From positions 1 through 53,114 of IMG/VR virus record IMGVR_UViG_3300034283_001180: a stretch of 53,114 nt of DNA, one strand, 5' to 3'. This DNA comes from a virus. Its lineage: Duplodnaviria > Caudoviricetes. The notes beneath the pieces were generated by a model. That model did not search any database. It was not told where the DNA came from and saw only the letters and a program-made list of their open reading frames with translations. Both the position numbers and the translations under genes were made by a program. This document shows positions 24,462 to 34,227 of the stretch, piece by piece (position 1 is the stretch's first letter; each line of letters begins with the position of its first letter).

Positions 24462-27038
24462 ATGGCAACAGTAAGAATTCAACTTAGAAGAGGAACCTCT
24501 TCACAATGGGATACCGCAAACCCAACATTAGCTGCGGGAGAAATTGGTATTGAAACAGATACCAATACATTTAAATTTGGTGATGGCGTAACAGCTTGGA
24601 ATAGCTTAGATTATGCGCTATCAAATACAGTAGACGATTATATTCCATTATCACTTAAGGGAGCAAATAACGGTGTTGCAGAACTAGATGGTTCTGGAAA
24701 AATTCCTTATTCGCAAATACCAAGTATTGATGAGCTTTCGCAAGATGCTGTAAACACTGCTCTTGTTGCAGGAACTGGTATTACAAAAACCTATAATGAC
24801 GGAGCAAACACTATCACAGTTGCCGTTGATACATCCGTTATTGCCACTAAAGCAGAATTAGCAGAAGTTGCACAGGATTCTGTAAACGATTCTTTGGTTG
24901 CAGGATCTGGTCTGCAAAAGACTTATGATGATGTAAATAATTTAATTACACTTGAAATTTCTTCTGCTGTTGCTACAGTAACTGGAGCACAAAATTTAAC
25001 AAACAAGACTTTAACTTCTCCAGTAATTGAAAATGGAGCCACCTTGAAGGGTGGACTTTCATTTGAAGGCTCAACAAATGATGACTATGAAACTTCTTTA
25101 GTAGTAGTTGACCCAACAACTGATAACACAATTAGCATACCAAATTCTAGTGGAACTATGGCATTAACTTCAGACTTAACACCATATGCACTATTATCTG
25201 GTGCAACATTTACAGGAGCAGTTAATGGTACAGACTTAACATTATCTGGAAACCTAACTGTTAATGGAACTACAACAAATATTAATACAACAAATCTTAC
25301 AGTAGAAGATAAGAATGTTATTTTAGGAGATACTTTAAGTCCATCTAATGCTACTGCAGATGGAGGCGGAATTTCTCTAAAGGGAGATACTGATAAGTAT
25401 ATACAGTGGTCTCTTTCCGATGATGCATGGGTATCCTCAGAAGACTTTGAATTACCAGTTGGAAAATCATATAAAATTGATGGAGATGTTGTTTTAACAA
25501 GCTCTGAAGTTTTAGGTAAATCTCTTCCATCTGGATTAATTGTTGGAACAAATGATGTCCAAGAATTAACAAATAAAACAATTGATTTAACTTCAAATAC
25601 ACTTACTGGAACAGTTGCTGAATTTAATGCAGCTTTACAGGATGAAAGTTTTGCAACATTAAGCGGTGCAGAGACTTTAACAAATAAAACTTTATCTTCT
25701 CCAGTAATTAATGGCCCAACTGGATTAAACAAGACAGATGTCGGACTTTCAAATGTAGATAATGTTGCTGATTTAGATAAGCCAATTTCAACAGCAACTC
25801 AGTCAGCTCTTGATTTAAAGGCACCTTTATCTGGACCTTCATTTACTGGAACTGTGTCGTTACCAAGCACAACAAGCATTGGCAACGTTTCTTCATCAGA
25901 AATCGCAACACTTGATGGAGTGACTTCAGCAATTCAAACACAAATTGATACTAAGGCTCCATCTGCCAGCCCAACATTTACAGGCACAGTCTCTTTGCCT
26001 AGCGATACAAGCATTGGCAACGTTTCTTCATCAGAGATTGAAACACTTAACGGAGTAACTTCAGCAATTCAGACACAGTTAGATGCAAGACTAGAAGCTA
26101 CGCTTGCTGCCTCAACATATGCACCTATTGAGTCTCCTACATTCACAGGAACAGTTTCTGGAATTACAAAATCTATGGTTGGACTTGCAAATGTTGACAA
26201 TACAGCTGATAGCGCAAAGCCAATATCTGCAGCAACTCAAACAGCTCTTGATTTGAAAGCACCTTTGTCTGGACCTACCTTTACAGGAACAGTCACTCTA
26301 CCTAGCACAACTAGCGTAGGTAACGTTTCTGCAACAGAGATTGGATACCTTGACGGTGTAACCTCAGCAGTACAGACCCAGCTTGACGCTAAGCTAGCCT
26401 CAGCTACAGCAGCTTCAACTTATGCACCAAAAGAGTCTCCTACCTTTACAGGAACAGTCACTCTACCTAGCACAACTAGCGTAGGTAACGTTTCTGCAAC
26501 AGAGCTTGGATACCTCGACGGTGTAACCTCAGCAGTACAGACCCAGCTTGACGCTAAGCTAGCCTCAGCTACAGCAGCCTCAACTTATGCACCGATTGCC
26601 TCACCAACATTTACAGGAACTGTAACTGTTGCAGCATCTGGCGTAGCATTTACAGATGGAACACAAACCAAGGAAGGTGTCCCATCAAGAACTACAGTTT
26701 ACGGTGCTGCCACTGGTGCTCAGCAGAGCGCTATAACAGCAAATGCAACTCTTAGCACATTAGGATATAGAGACGCAATGATCGAGGTAAACTCATCATC
26801 TGATGTCACATTAACAATTCCACTTAATTCAGCAACTGCGTTTCCAGTAGGAACATCAATAGATGTTGTTAGAGTAGGAACTGGAAATGTTATTATTGCT
26901 GGAAGTGCTGGTGTTACAATTAATGCAACACCACAAAATGCAACAAATCAAGCAAAACTAAGATCACAGTGGTCTTCAGCAACATTACTTAAGAGAGGCA
27001 CTGACTCTTGGATAGTAATGGGAGACCTAACAGTTTAA
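24462..27038 (+). CDS. tail fibre with Mtd-like N-terminal domain
   Basis: IQLRRGT...W...NP.L..GEIG.E.DT..FK.GDG...W..L.Y; VGL.NVDN and SPTFTG repeats; FP.GT.I and W...GDL C-terminus. Confidence 0.85.
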   Translation: MATVRIQLRRGTSSQWDTANPTLAAGEIGIETDTNTFKFGDGVTAWNSLDYALSNTVDDYIPLSLKGANNGVAELDGSGKIPYSQIPSIDELSQDAVNTALVAGTGITKTYNDGANTITVAVDTSVIATKAELAEVAQDSVNDSLVAGSGLQKTYDDVNNLITLEISSAVATVTGAQNLTNKTLTSPVIENGATLKGGLSFEGSTNDDYETSLVVVDPTTDNTISIPNSSGTMALTSDLTPYALLSGATFTGAVNGTDLTLSGNLTVNGTTTNINTTNLTVEDKNVILGDTLSPSNATADGGGISLKGDTDKYIQWSLSDDAWVSSEDFELPVGKSYKIDGDVVLTSSEVLGKSLPSGLIVGTNDVQELTNKTIDLTSNTLTGTVAEFNAALQDESFATLSGAETLTNKTLSSPVINGPTGLNKTDVGLSNVDNVADLDKPISTATQSALDLKAPLSGPSFTGTVSLPSTTSIGNVSSSEIATLDGVTSAIQTQIDTKAPSASPTFTGTVSLPSDTSIGNVSSSEIETLNGVTSAIQTQLDARLEATLAASTYAPIESPTFTGTVSGITKSMVGLANVDNTADSAKPISAATQTALDLKAPLSGPTFTGTVTLPSTTSVGNVSATEIGYLDGVTSAVQTQLDAKLASATAASTYAPKESPTFTGTVTLPSTTSVGNVSATELGYLDGVTSAVQTQLDAKLASATAASTYAPIASPTFTGTVTVAASGVAFTDGTQTKEGVPSRTTVYGAATGAQQSAITANATLSTLGYRDAMIEVNSSSDVTLTIPLNSATAFPVGTSIDVVRVGTGNVIIAGSAGVTINATPQNATNQAKLRSQWSSATLLKRGTDSWIVMGDLTV
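26274..26593 (+). repeat. recent in-frame tandem duplication, 165-nt period
   Basis: 26274-26428 versus 26439-26593, three mismatches in 155 nt. Confidence 0.9.
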
Positions 27039-27059
27039 TAAAATTACAAGGAGAATAAG

Positions 27060-28205
27060 ATGGCAATTTCAAAAAGAAGAGGAACTAAATCCTCAGCACA
27101 AGATAACTTTCTTGAGCCGTTAAATGTAACAAATCTTACAGCCGTTGATGTTGGAACTAATAGACCATATTTAGCTACAGCAGCAACAACACAAGCTGGT
27201 GCATCAGGCACTGGTGGTGCTGTAGATTTATCTTGGACATTGCCATCTAATTCTCCAGCAGCAACAAGTTATGACATAACAACTACACCAGCAACATATA
27301 CCGCAAATACATCTTCAACAACCTATAGATTTGAAGGTTTAGTGTCTGGACAAAGCTATACATTTACAGTAATTCCAAAAAATAGTTCTGGTTCAGCAAA
27401 AACTCCTAATACAACATCATCTTCTGTTTCTGCAACAACAGTGCCTCAGGCGCCACAAAGCGTAACAGCCTCTGCCTCATCTGCTAATTCAAATACTGTT
27501 AGCTGGACAATTGGCGGAAATGGAGGAAAGCCATTATCTGCACATAATGTTTATGGATCAGACAACAACAACTCACTTGGTCTTTCTGCATCAGCTACAA
27601 GCGCAACTATTAATGACCCAGGAGCAGCTCCAGGAGCACAGACATATTATGTTACAGCAGTAAATGCAAATGGAACTTCTGCTAACTCTAATAGCACTGG
27701 AAGCGTTACTACAATCCCGCCGTTTTTCCCATTCTTCCCACCGTTCTTCCCACCGTTCTTCCCATTCTTCCCACCATTCTTCCCACCATTCTTCCCACCA
27801 TTCTTCCCACCGTTCTTCCCATTCTTCCCACCATTCTTCCCACCGTTCTTCCCACCATTCTTCCCACCGTTCTTCCCATTCTTCCCACCATTCTTCCCAC
27901 CATTCTTCCCACCATTCTTCCCACCATTCTTCCCATTCTTCCCACCATTCTTCCCACCGTTCTTCCCACCATTCTTCCCACCATTCTTCCCATTCTTCCC
28001 ACCGTTCTTCCCATTCTTCCCACCATTCTTCCCATTCTTCCCACCATTCTTCCCACCATTCTTCCCAGGATTCGGACCGTACTTCCCAGCCTTTAAGGGA
28101 CCATTCTTCCCAGGATTCGGACCGTTCTTCCCAGGATTTGGACCGTTCTTCCCGTTCTTCCCAGGATTCGGTGGCGGACCATTCTTCCCAGGATTCGGAT
28201 ACTAA
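27060..28205 (+). CDS. two-FN3-domain protein with a Pro/Phe repeat tail
   Basis: LSW..P...Y...GL..G..Y.F.V...N and VSW...Y.V.AVN..G FN3 patterns; AAGGAG SD; (PPFF/PFF)n then PGFG units. Confidence 0.88.
   Translation: MAISKRRGTKSSAQDNFLEPLNVTNLTAVDVGTNRPYLATAATTQAGASGTGGAVDLSWTLPSNSPAATSYDITTTPATYTANTSSTTYRFEGLVSGQSYTFTVIPKNSSGSAKTPNTTSSSVSATTVPQAPQSVTASASSANSNTVSWTIGGNGGKPLSAHNVYGSDNNNSLGLSASATSATINDPGAAPGAQTYYVTAVNANGTSANSNSTGSVTTIPPFFPFFPPFFPPFFPFFPPFFPPFFPPFFPPFFPFFPPFFPPFFPPFFPPFFPFFPPFFPPFFPPFFPPFFPFFPPFFPPFFPPFFPPFFPFFPPFFPFFPPFFPFFPPFFPPFFPGFGPYFPAFKGPFFPGFGPFFPGFGPFFPFFPGFGGGPFFPGFGY
27717..28064 (+). repeat. coding minisatellite CCACC(A/G)TTCTTC / CCATTCTTC
   Basis: 23 PPFF and 8 PFF units, 348 nt, variation only at synonymous positions. 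Confidence 0.95.
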
Positions 28206-28213
28206 TAAATTAA

Positions 28214-28238
28214 AAGTGGGGGAGTAAATCCCCCACTT
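28214..28238 (+). terminator. hairpin ending the fibre operon
   Basis: AAGTGGGGGA-GTAAA-TCCCCCACTT; weak U-tract. Confidence 0.55.
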
Positions 28239-28243
28239 AGCTA

Positions 28244-28272
28244 TTGTTTATATATTTCGTATATGATACAAT
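28244..28272 (+). promoter_or_regulatory. sigma-A type promoter of the oxygenase cluster
   Basis: TTGTTT-N17-TACAAT with TG extension. Confidence 0.6.
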
Positions 28273-28296
28273 TTACATACATGTACAGGAGATATT

Positions 28297-29001
28297 ATGG
28301 AATGGTATGATTTACCAAGATTAGAAAAAACAAAAACAAGATTAGAGTCTGAATTTATACAAGATGGTATAGAGGTTATTAATTTAGATTACGGCATCCA
28401 CTTGTATAGAAATGCAGTTAATAAAGATGACTGTAAAACCATTATAGATTTAATTGAAAATGAAATATCTTTAGGCATACCAAAAATTCAATGGAATGAA
28501 GCCAGTGTTAATGGTAAAGAAAGAACCACCCATGCAAGAAATTGTTATGATCTAAAATATAAAAAAGAAGCTCTTGGAACTTATATTCCTAAAAATGATG
28601 CTTTGGCAAAAGCTCATGACATGGTTAATGATAGATTAAATGTTGCATTGCAGCACTATGAAAGATTATGGCATTTTTCAATAAAGTATAAAGAAGCATT
28701 TAACTTTGTAAAATATATGCCAGGTGAATTCTTTAAAATACATGCAGACCATGGACCATTTTATACATGTACAGTTTCTGCAATAGTTTATTTGAACGAT
28801 GACTATGAAGGCGGGGAACTAGAATTTCCAAGACATGGATTAACAGTTAAGCCAAAGGCTGGAGACATTATGTTGTTCCCATCCAATTATGTATACGAGC
28901 ATGCATCATTAAATATAAGTTCAGGAATTAAGTATGCTGTAGTTATCATGATGGATTATAATGATTTATATCATAAATCAGAAAGTTCAGGCGGATATTA
29001 A
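28297..29001 (+). CDS. 2OG-Fe(II) oxygenase, prolyl 4-hydroxylase-like
   Basis: HAD, YLNDDYEGGEL.F, PKAGD..LFPS, H, KY. Confidence 0.9.
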   Translation: MEWYDLPRLEKTKTRLESEFIQDGIEVINLDYGIHLYRNAVNKDDCKTIIDLIENEISLGIPKIQWNEASVNGKERTTHARNCYDLKYKKEALGTYIPKNDALAKAHDMVNDRLNVALQHYERLWHFSIKYKEAFNFVKYMPGEFFKIHADHGPFYTCTVSAIVYLNDDYEGGELEFPRHGLTVKPKAGDIMLFPSNYVYEHASLNISSGIKYAVVIMMDYNDLYHKSESSGGY

Positions 29002-29764
29002 TAAAATAATTTTTACAGCATTTAGACCATGGCTAACAAAATTTAGCCCATCAGTGCCAGGAACTACTCATTCTGTTATGCCTAAATGGTACAAGGATGC
29101 CGACAGGTTTGCTAAAAACCCAATCAATGGTGAATATTACAAAGCTACCAAGGAAGTTTGTCCTTTTCCAAAAGAGGGTACAAATAATGATTACGGGTAT
29201 ATCCCAACTTGGAAAGCTTGTCCAGCAGTTATGGATGCATTTATTACTGGTTATGTTTTTAAGACTCCATGTGATATAACATTCTATAAAGATAAAAATG
29301 GAAAAATTAATGTAAAAATAGATGATAAAAAAAATGCAGGTTTTTGTACAACAAGAGATCCGATGCCTCAGTTTGAGCATCCAACTGGTTATTATAAAGA
29401 ACATTTTGCGTGGTATCCAGATTGGGCATTAGAAGTTCCTGAAGGGTATAGCTGTTTATATATGACTCCAATGAATAGATTTGACTTACCGTTTTTAAAT
29501 ACAACTGGAGTTGTAGATAATGATAGTGTCCATTTATCTGGCACATTTCCATTCTTTTTGGTTGAAGGATGGGAAGGAACAATTCCAGCAGGAACACCGT
29601 ATTTACAGATACTTCCATTTAAAAGAGAAGACTGGCAGCATGAGGTAAAGTTTTTGTCACAAAAAGATATATATGATAAAATGACAGACAATATGAAATT
29701 CTACCGTCAACCAGATGGCGGAGTATATAAAAGCAAGGTATGGAGTAGGAGAGAGTACAAATAA
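28961..29764 (+). CDS. DUF6065-like protein
   Basis: P.WY, K.CP...D....GY, GYS.L...P.N, G.VD.D, IPAGTP..Q..P..R; start uncertain. Confidence 0.65.
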   Translation: MIYIINQKVQADINKIIFTAFRPWLTKFSPSVPGTTHSVMPKWYKDADRFAKNPINGEYYKATKEVCPFPKEGTNNDYGYIPTWKACPAVMDAFITGYVFKTPCDITFYKDKNGKINVKIDDKKNAGFCTTRDPMPQFEHPTGYYKEHFAWYPDWALEVPEGYSCLYMTPMNRFDLPFLNTTGVVDNDSVHLSGTFPFFLVEGWEGTIPAGTPYLQILPFKREDWQHEVKFLSQKDIYDKMTDNMKFYRQPDGGVYKSKVWSRREYK

Positions 29765-29765
29765 A

Positions 29766-30440
29766 ATGCAAACTTGGTCATCAAAAGAGTCTCTAGGGAA
29801 TGGTATATTTGTCTATAGAGATGTTATAAAAAAAGAAATTGATGTAATAGGCAGACTAGAAAACATTCTTAGTCCAGTAAATTCTGGCGCTAAGTATGCA
29901 TGGCAGCCAGCGTATGTTGGGTATCAAGAACTTATGCCAGATTATAGAGACTGTGTAGATTTTAAATTCAAGAAGACCGACATTCAATTTGATAAAAGCG
30001 AAGAGTCCTCAAAACTTCAAAAATTGTGGCAAGACGTATTTGATGTACAATCTCCAGCCGTAAATGATTATAGAAAAGAACATAATCTTATGGACCTTAA
30101 ATACTGGGAAGCATTTAATTTTATTAAGTATGGACCAGGACAACACTTTATGGAGCACCACGATCATGGATACTCATATAATTGTACTGTCTCTTTAGTT
30201 GCATATGTTAATGATGATTACGAGGGTGGAGAATTATATTTCAGGTTGCAAAACCTGAATATTAAGCCAAAAGCTGGAGATTTATATATATTCCCTTCTA
30301 ACTACATGTACCCACATCAAGCAAAGCCAGTTATATCGGGAACAAAATATTCAATTGTTACTATGTTAGATTATAGTGGCAAGTTCCACTCACAAGAAAT
30401 GTATGATCCTAAATGGGAGAATGAGCCAAGTGTTAGTTAA
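29766..30440 (+). CDS. 2OG-Fe(II) oxygenase, prolyl 4-hydroxylase-like
   Basis: HHD, YVNDDYEGGEL.F, FPSNY.Y.H, KY; close paralog of 28297; ATG at 29766 preferred. Confidence 0.9.
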   Translation: MQTWSSKESLGNGIFVYRDVIKKEIDVIGRLENILSPVNSGAKYAWQPAYVGYQELMPDYRDCVDFKFKKTDIQFDKSEESSKLQKLWQDVFDVQSPAVNDYRKEHNLMDLKYWEAFNFIKYGPGQHFMEHHDHGYSYNCTVSLVAYVNDDYEGGELYFRLQNLNIKPKAGDLYIFPSNYMYPHQAKPVISGTKYSIVTMLDYSGKFHSQEMYDPKWENEPSVS

Positions 30441-31146
30441 AGCCTATAAACATGCTGGACATAGGGTAAAGATAGAGCAGACTAAAGTAAAAAGGGACTG
30501 GATGGATGCTACTGATAATGCTCATGCATACAAATGCTTTCCAGTTAGTTTAGCTAATACAATTGGATGGTCGATATCATTACTAGACGATGTCGAGTTT
30601 ATTTGGGATGGAATATCTGACTCAAGTTCGGAACACGTAAAGGTTTTAAAGGATCCAGCTGGAGCCTGTAGTACACAACGCTCTAATGGCACAATAAGTT
30701 TTTATACTGGTATCTTTTTTGAGACAGATAAAGACACGACAATGCTACAAATAGTTCCTCCTAATTACTTTATAGATGGTGCTGCGCCATTTACAACTCT
30801 TATATCCACATCTTTTTTTCCAGAAGCAATTCCAGTTGCATGGAAAATAACTAGACCAAACACAGTAATAACTATACCAGCTGGTACTCCAATAGCTACT
30901 TTTATTCCAATATCATTGGCTAAATACAATGAGGTAGAGTTAGAAATTCAGGATAAGGTGTGGCCAGAGCTTTCTTGGAAACAAAAAGAAGAAAGAAACA
31001 AGGTCTGGCAAGAAATAACTATGCAGGGCAAGTTTACTAATTTTTATAGAGATGGTGTAGAGTATGATGGAACAAAAATTGGTGACCATGAATTAAAGGC
31101 TATAAGGTTAAAAATTAACGATTTTTCTACAAAGATAGAGGAGTGA
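30421..31146 (+). CDS. DUF6065 family protein
   Basis: RDWMD...HAYKCFP...AN..GW and WKITRP......AGTP signature; ATG at 30421. Confidence 0.75.
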   Translation: MSQVLVKAYKHAGHRVKIEQTKVKRDWMDATDNAHAYKCFPVSLANTIGWSISLLDDVEFIWDGISDSSSEHVKVLKDPAGACSTQRSNGTISFYTGIFFETDKDTTMLQIVPPNYFIDGAAPFTTLISTSFFPEAIPVAWKITRPNTVITIPAGTPIATFIPISLAKYNEVELEIQDKVWPELSWKQKEERNKVWQEITMQGKFTNFYRDGVEYDGTKIGDHELKAIRLKINDFSTKIEE

Positions 31147-31158
31147 TATAATATTAAT

Positions 31159-31917
31159 ATGGAAAAGATGAATGTAAATCATTTAGATCAGGTGACAAAA
31201 TCTATCACCCCATCAGGATTTTTTGGGACCAGCAAAGATAATATTGTTGAACTAGAAAACTTTATGACAGAAGAAGAGATAGACTTTTTGGAAAAATCTG
31301 CAAAAGGTATAACAATTTGGGATTATACAGAAAGCCATGTCAATGAAAATGGAACCACAATATATGATGCTAACTATTGGAAAGATAGAGTGGCAACTAG
31401 ACCATCATTAGATAAGAATGATCCAAAAATTGGTCCAGTTATTGAAGGTCTATTTAAAAGACTTCAGCCAATTATAGAAGACTTTTTCTATGTTAGAGTA
31501 CAGCCAACTGGACAAACAATTGTAAGATGGTTACCAGGACAATTACAAAAACCTCATGCTGATAAAGAACTACATGATGGTCCAGATGCAGGACTGCCAA
31601 ATGATTTTCCATATTACGACATAGCAAGTTTATTTTATTTAAACGATGACTACGAAGGTGGAGAAATCTACTGGCCTCTACAAGGAGTTAGAATTAAGCC
31701 TAAAAGAGGAGCAGCATACTTTTTCCCAGGAGACATGAATTATATACATGGCGTCACCGAGATAAAAGGAAATATAAGATATACAGTTCCTTTCTTTTGG
31801 ACCATATTAGAACACACTGGAGAAAATAAGCCTGAGGCAGGTAAAGAGTATTATAGGACGCTATTAGATCCAGAAATGCGTGGAAAGAATCTTTATGAAA
31901 GTGTTTACGAGGGGTAA
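31159..31917 (+). CDS. 2OG-Fe(II) oxygenase, prolyl-hydroxylase-like
   Basis: HAD, YLNDDYEGGE, HGV, RY; leaderless after TGATATAAT. Confidence 0.9.
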   Translation: MEKMNVNHLDQVTKSITPSGFFGTSKDNIVELENFMTEEEIDFLEKSAKGITIWDYTESHVNENGTTIYDANYWKDRVATRPSLDKNDPKIGPVIEGLFKRLQPIIEDFFYVRVQPTGQTIVRWLPGQLQKPHADKELHDGPDAGLPNDFPYYDIASLFYLNDDYEGGEIYWPLQGVRIKPKRGAAYFFPGDMNYIHGVTEIKGNIRYTVPFFWTILEHTGENKPEAGKEYYRTLLDPEMRGKNLYESVYEG

Positions 31918-31919
31918 AA

Positions 31920-32663
31920 ATGTCTAATTATACAAGATTAACTCAAGATATTTTGTTGTATGAAAACTTTTTGACTAAAGAGGAGTCCCAAGCAATTATT
32001 GATGTTATGGAAGCTCAGGTTAAAAATGAAAAGTTGTCTTGGACACCAATTACATTTTATGAATCTTATTCTTCCGTTCTTCCGCAAGACGGTGACGAAG
32101 AACTAGAGCAATTCGGATTGCCTTCTGATTTTTTTTCTGTGCTTCAGAATAGAATAGTTGAAGCAGTTGCAGAGGTTCATGGAAAACAATTTTCCGATAT
32201 TCACAAGATTGGTTTTCATGCTCAGAAGTGGGAGCCAGGAGCCTTTGCAAAAGAACATTCAGACAATACAGATTTAGAAGGCAACACTGGACCATTTGAA
32301 AGAAGCAGGTACGCTGCCTTTTTATACCTTAATGACGAGTTTGAAGGCGGACTACTAAAGTTCAATAAGCAAGATAAATTGATTTATCCTAAGACAGGTT
32401 CTTTAGCTGCTTTTGCAGGCGGGTTTGATAATACTCATGAGGTTACAATGATTACTTCTGGCATTAGGTACACGCTTGGATCATTTTGGGACGACAGAGA
32501 CCAGAGTGCTTACCCTCAAGAAACAATTGATGCCTGGGACGCTGAAATGAAAAGAATTAGAGAAGAGCAAGAAGTGATAAAGGCTGGTTGGCAAGATGCA
32601 CTAAAAGAAGGATATAAGTTAGATCCAGACGGAAATAAATATAAAATGGAGGAAAACGAATAA
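31920..32663 (+). CDS. 2OG-Fe(II) oxygenase, prolyl-hydroxylase-like
   Basis: HSDN, YLNDEFEGG, HEV, RY. Confidence 0.9.
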   Translation: MSNYTRLTQDILLYENFLTKEESQAIIDVMEAQVKNEKLSWTPITFYESYSSVLPQDGDEELEQFGLPSDFFSVLQNRIVEAVAEVHGKQFSDIHKIGFHAQKWEPGAFAKEHSDNTDLEGNTGPFERSRYAAFLYLNDEFEGGLLKFNKQDKLIYPKTGSLAAFAGGFDNTHEVTMITSGIRYTLGSFWDDRDQSAYPQETIDAWDAEMKRIREEQEVIKAGWQDALKEGYKLDPDGNKYKMEENE

Positions 32664-33427
32664 TGCAACTAGAAGAAAGATTACATGAAAATGTTTACAT
32701 GTATTCGGATGTAATTGAGAATCCTCAAGAAATTATTGATCTAATCAATAAGCTGGATTCTGACGAAAGAGTTCACAAGGTTATTCCTAAGTGGAACAAT
32801 TGGAACTCAAGCAGCAGAGATGGAAATATCTTTGGTAAGAAAAAAGATTTCAATCTAGCTGAAGTAGAAGGTTTAGATCCAGAAGTTAGAAAGGATGTAG
32901 ACTTAATTATTTCTACGATTAGAAATGCAATTAGAAATATTGCAGAAGCTTTTATTGTAGACAGAGGTCTGAAGGGAGAGCCAAACGTTTCTCCTTTCGT
33001 AGGTATTTCTAAATATATTCCAGGTTGTGCCATGGGAGCACATTTTGACAGACAGGCTGGAGATAACAGTTTAGAGTGGTCAATTATCATTTATTGGAAC
33101 GACGATTATGAAGGTGGAGAAATATCATTTGTAATCAGACCAGAAGACTTAAGACTAGAGGTTAATGGTCATTTGAGACCACCAGACGACGCTCTAGATC
33201 CAAGAACTAAAGACATGGTTACATTTACTGCAAAGCCAAAAGCTGGTAGCGCACTAATATTCCCATCTACTGACCCATACAAGCATCAAGTTCATATTAT
33301 GAAAGAGGGAGAAAAATATATTACTCCAGGTTTCATATTTGTAGATGGCTATGTTGTTGGTGGCCCAGGAGGTCCTTCAGAGGAGTACATCAAAGCTTAT
33401 CACGAGCAAATGAATGGAATGATGTAG
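32663..33427 (+). CDS. 2OG-Fe(II) oxygenase, prolyl-hydroxylase-like
   Basis: HFD, YWNDDYEGGE, PKAGS..IFPS, HQV, KY. Confidence 0.9.
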   Translation: MQLEERLHENVYMYSDVIENPQEIIDLINKLDSDERVHKVIPKWNNWNSSSRDGNIFGKKKDFNLAEVEGLDPEVRKDVDLIISTIRNAIRNIAEAFIVDRGLKGEPNVSPFVGISKYIPGCAMGAHFDRQAGDNSLEWSIIIYWNDDYEGGEISFVIRPEDLRLEVNGHLRPPDDALDPRTKDMVTFTAKPKAGSALIFPSTDPYKHQVHIMKEGEKYITPGFIFVDGYVVGGPGGPSEEYIKAYHEQMNGMM

Positions 33428-34225
33428 TTGTCTTTTGATAACATTGAAGTGGAAGTTCTTCACCCTAAAATTTGGGTTTTTAAAAACATACTAACTCAAA
33501 GTGATGATTTAATAAATTATCTAAGGGGTGAAGAATTTTCTAATCAATGGATGCAATGGTATTCTTTCGGAGAAAAAATTTATCTTCCTATAGGAGGATC
33601 TAGTTTTGAAAAATTTCCATCTGATTTAGAATGGTCTGAAAAAATAACGCTTGAGTCTTCTAAAAACAAATCACTTCAAGAATTTACCGATTCTTTTTAT
33701 TACATAACAAAAAAATATACTGAGTCTCAAGGAATAGTTTTAGATAATTGGGAGTTTGGTAGCCCAGATTTGTGTTACTATAATGAAATGTCTGGTGTTT
33801 CTGGAACCCAGGCCATGAATTATCATACTGATTATCAGCTAGAAAGAGATTACGAGCCAGGTATGAAATTTGAAACAACTTCTGTGTTTTACCTAAATGA
33901 TAATTATGATGGTGGAGAAATATGTTTTAAGGTATTCGAAGAAGACTATTCAAAAGTTTTACACAGAATATCGTACAAACCATCAAAGGGAGATGCAATA
34001 ATTTTCCCATCCAAGCACCCCGTCTATCATGGAGTAAAAATTGTTGAAAACGGAACTAAGTACATAATTAGAAGTTATTGGAAATATTGGCAGGACGGAA
34101 CAGAAGAATACTACAATGATAAAAACTCTATGGGCGTAGAAGAGTTTGAAGAATTTTTAGATCAAAGACACAAAGACATTTGGAATGAAATTGTTAGTAA
34201 AACTCATGATGATGTAACAGGATAA
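33428..34225 (+). CDS. 2OG-Fe(II) oxygenase, prolyl-hydroxylase-like
   Basis: HTD, YLNDNYDGGE, HGV, KY; TTG start. Confidence 0.88.
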   Translation: MSFDNIEVEVLHPKIWVFKNILTQSDDLINYLRGEEFSNQWMQWYSFGEKIYLPIGGSSFEKFPSDLEWSEKITLESSKNKSLQEFTDSFYYITKKYTESQGIVLDNWEFGSPDLCYYNEMSGVSGTQAMNYHTDYQLERDYEPGMKFETTSVFYLNDNYDGGEICFKVFEEDYSKVLHRISYKPSKGDAIIFPSKHPVYHGVKIVENGTKYIIRSYWKYWQDGTEEYYNDKNSMGVEEFEEFLDQRHKDIWNEIVSKTHDDVTG

Positions 34226-34227
34226 TC

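Noticed and set aside
24462-27038. Diversity-generating retroelement suggested by the Mtd-like N-terminus and a near-identical repeat pair
   Set aside because: No reverse transcriptase in the window, both copies are tandem and in-frame within one gene, and two of the three mismatches are T/C rather than adenine-specific.
27664-28227. Alternative-frame ORFs over the repeat (SSH-rich plus frame, MVGR-rich minus frame)
   Set aside because: They are shadows of a stop-free repeat. The A/G variation is synonymous only in the Pro/Phe frame, which is continuous with FN3 domains and has an SD.
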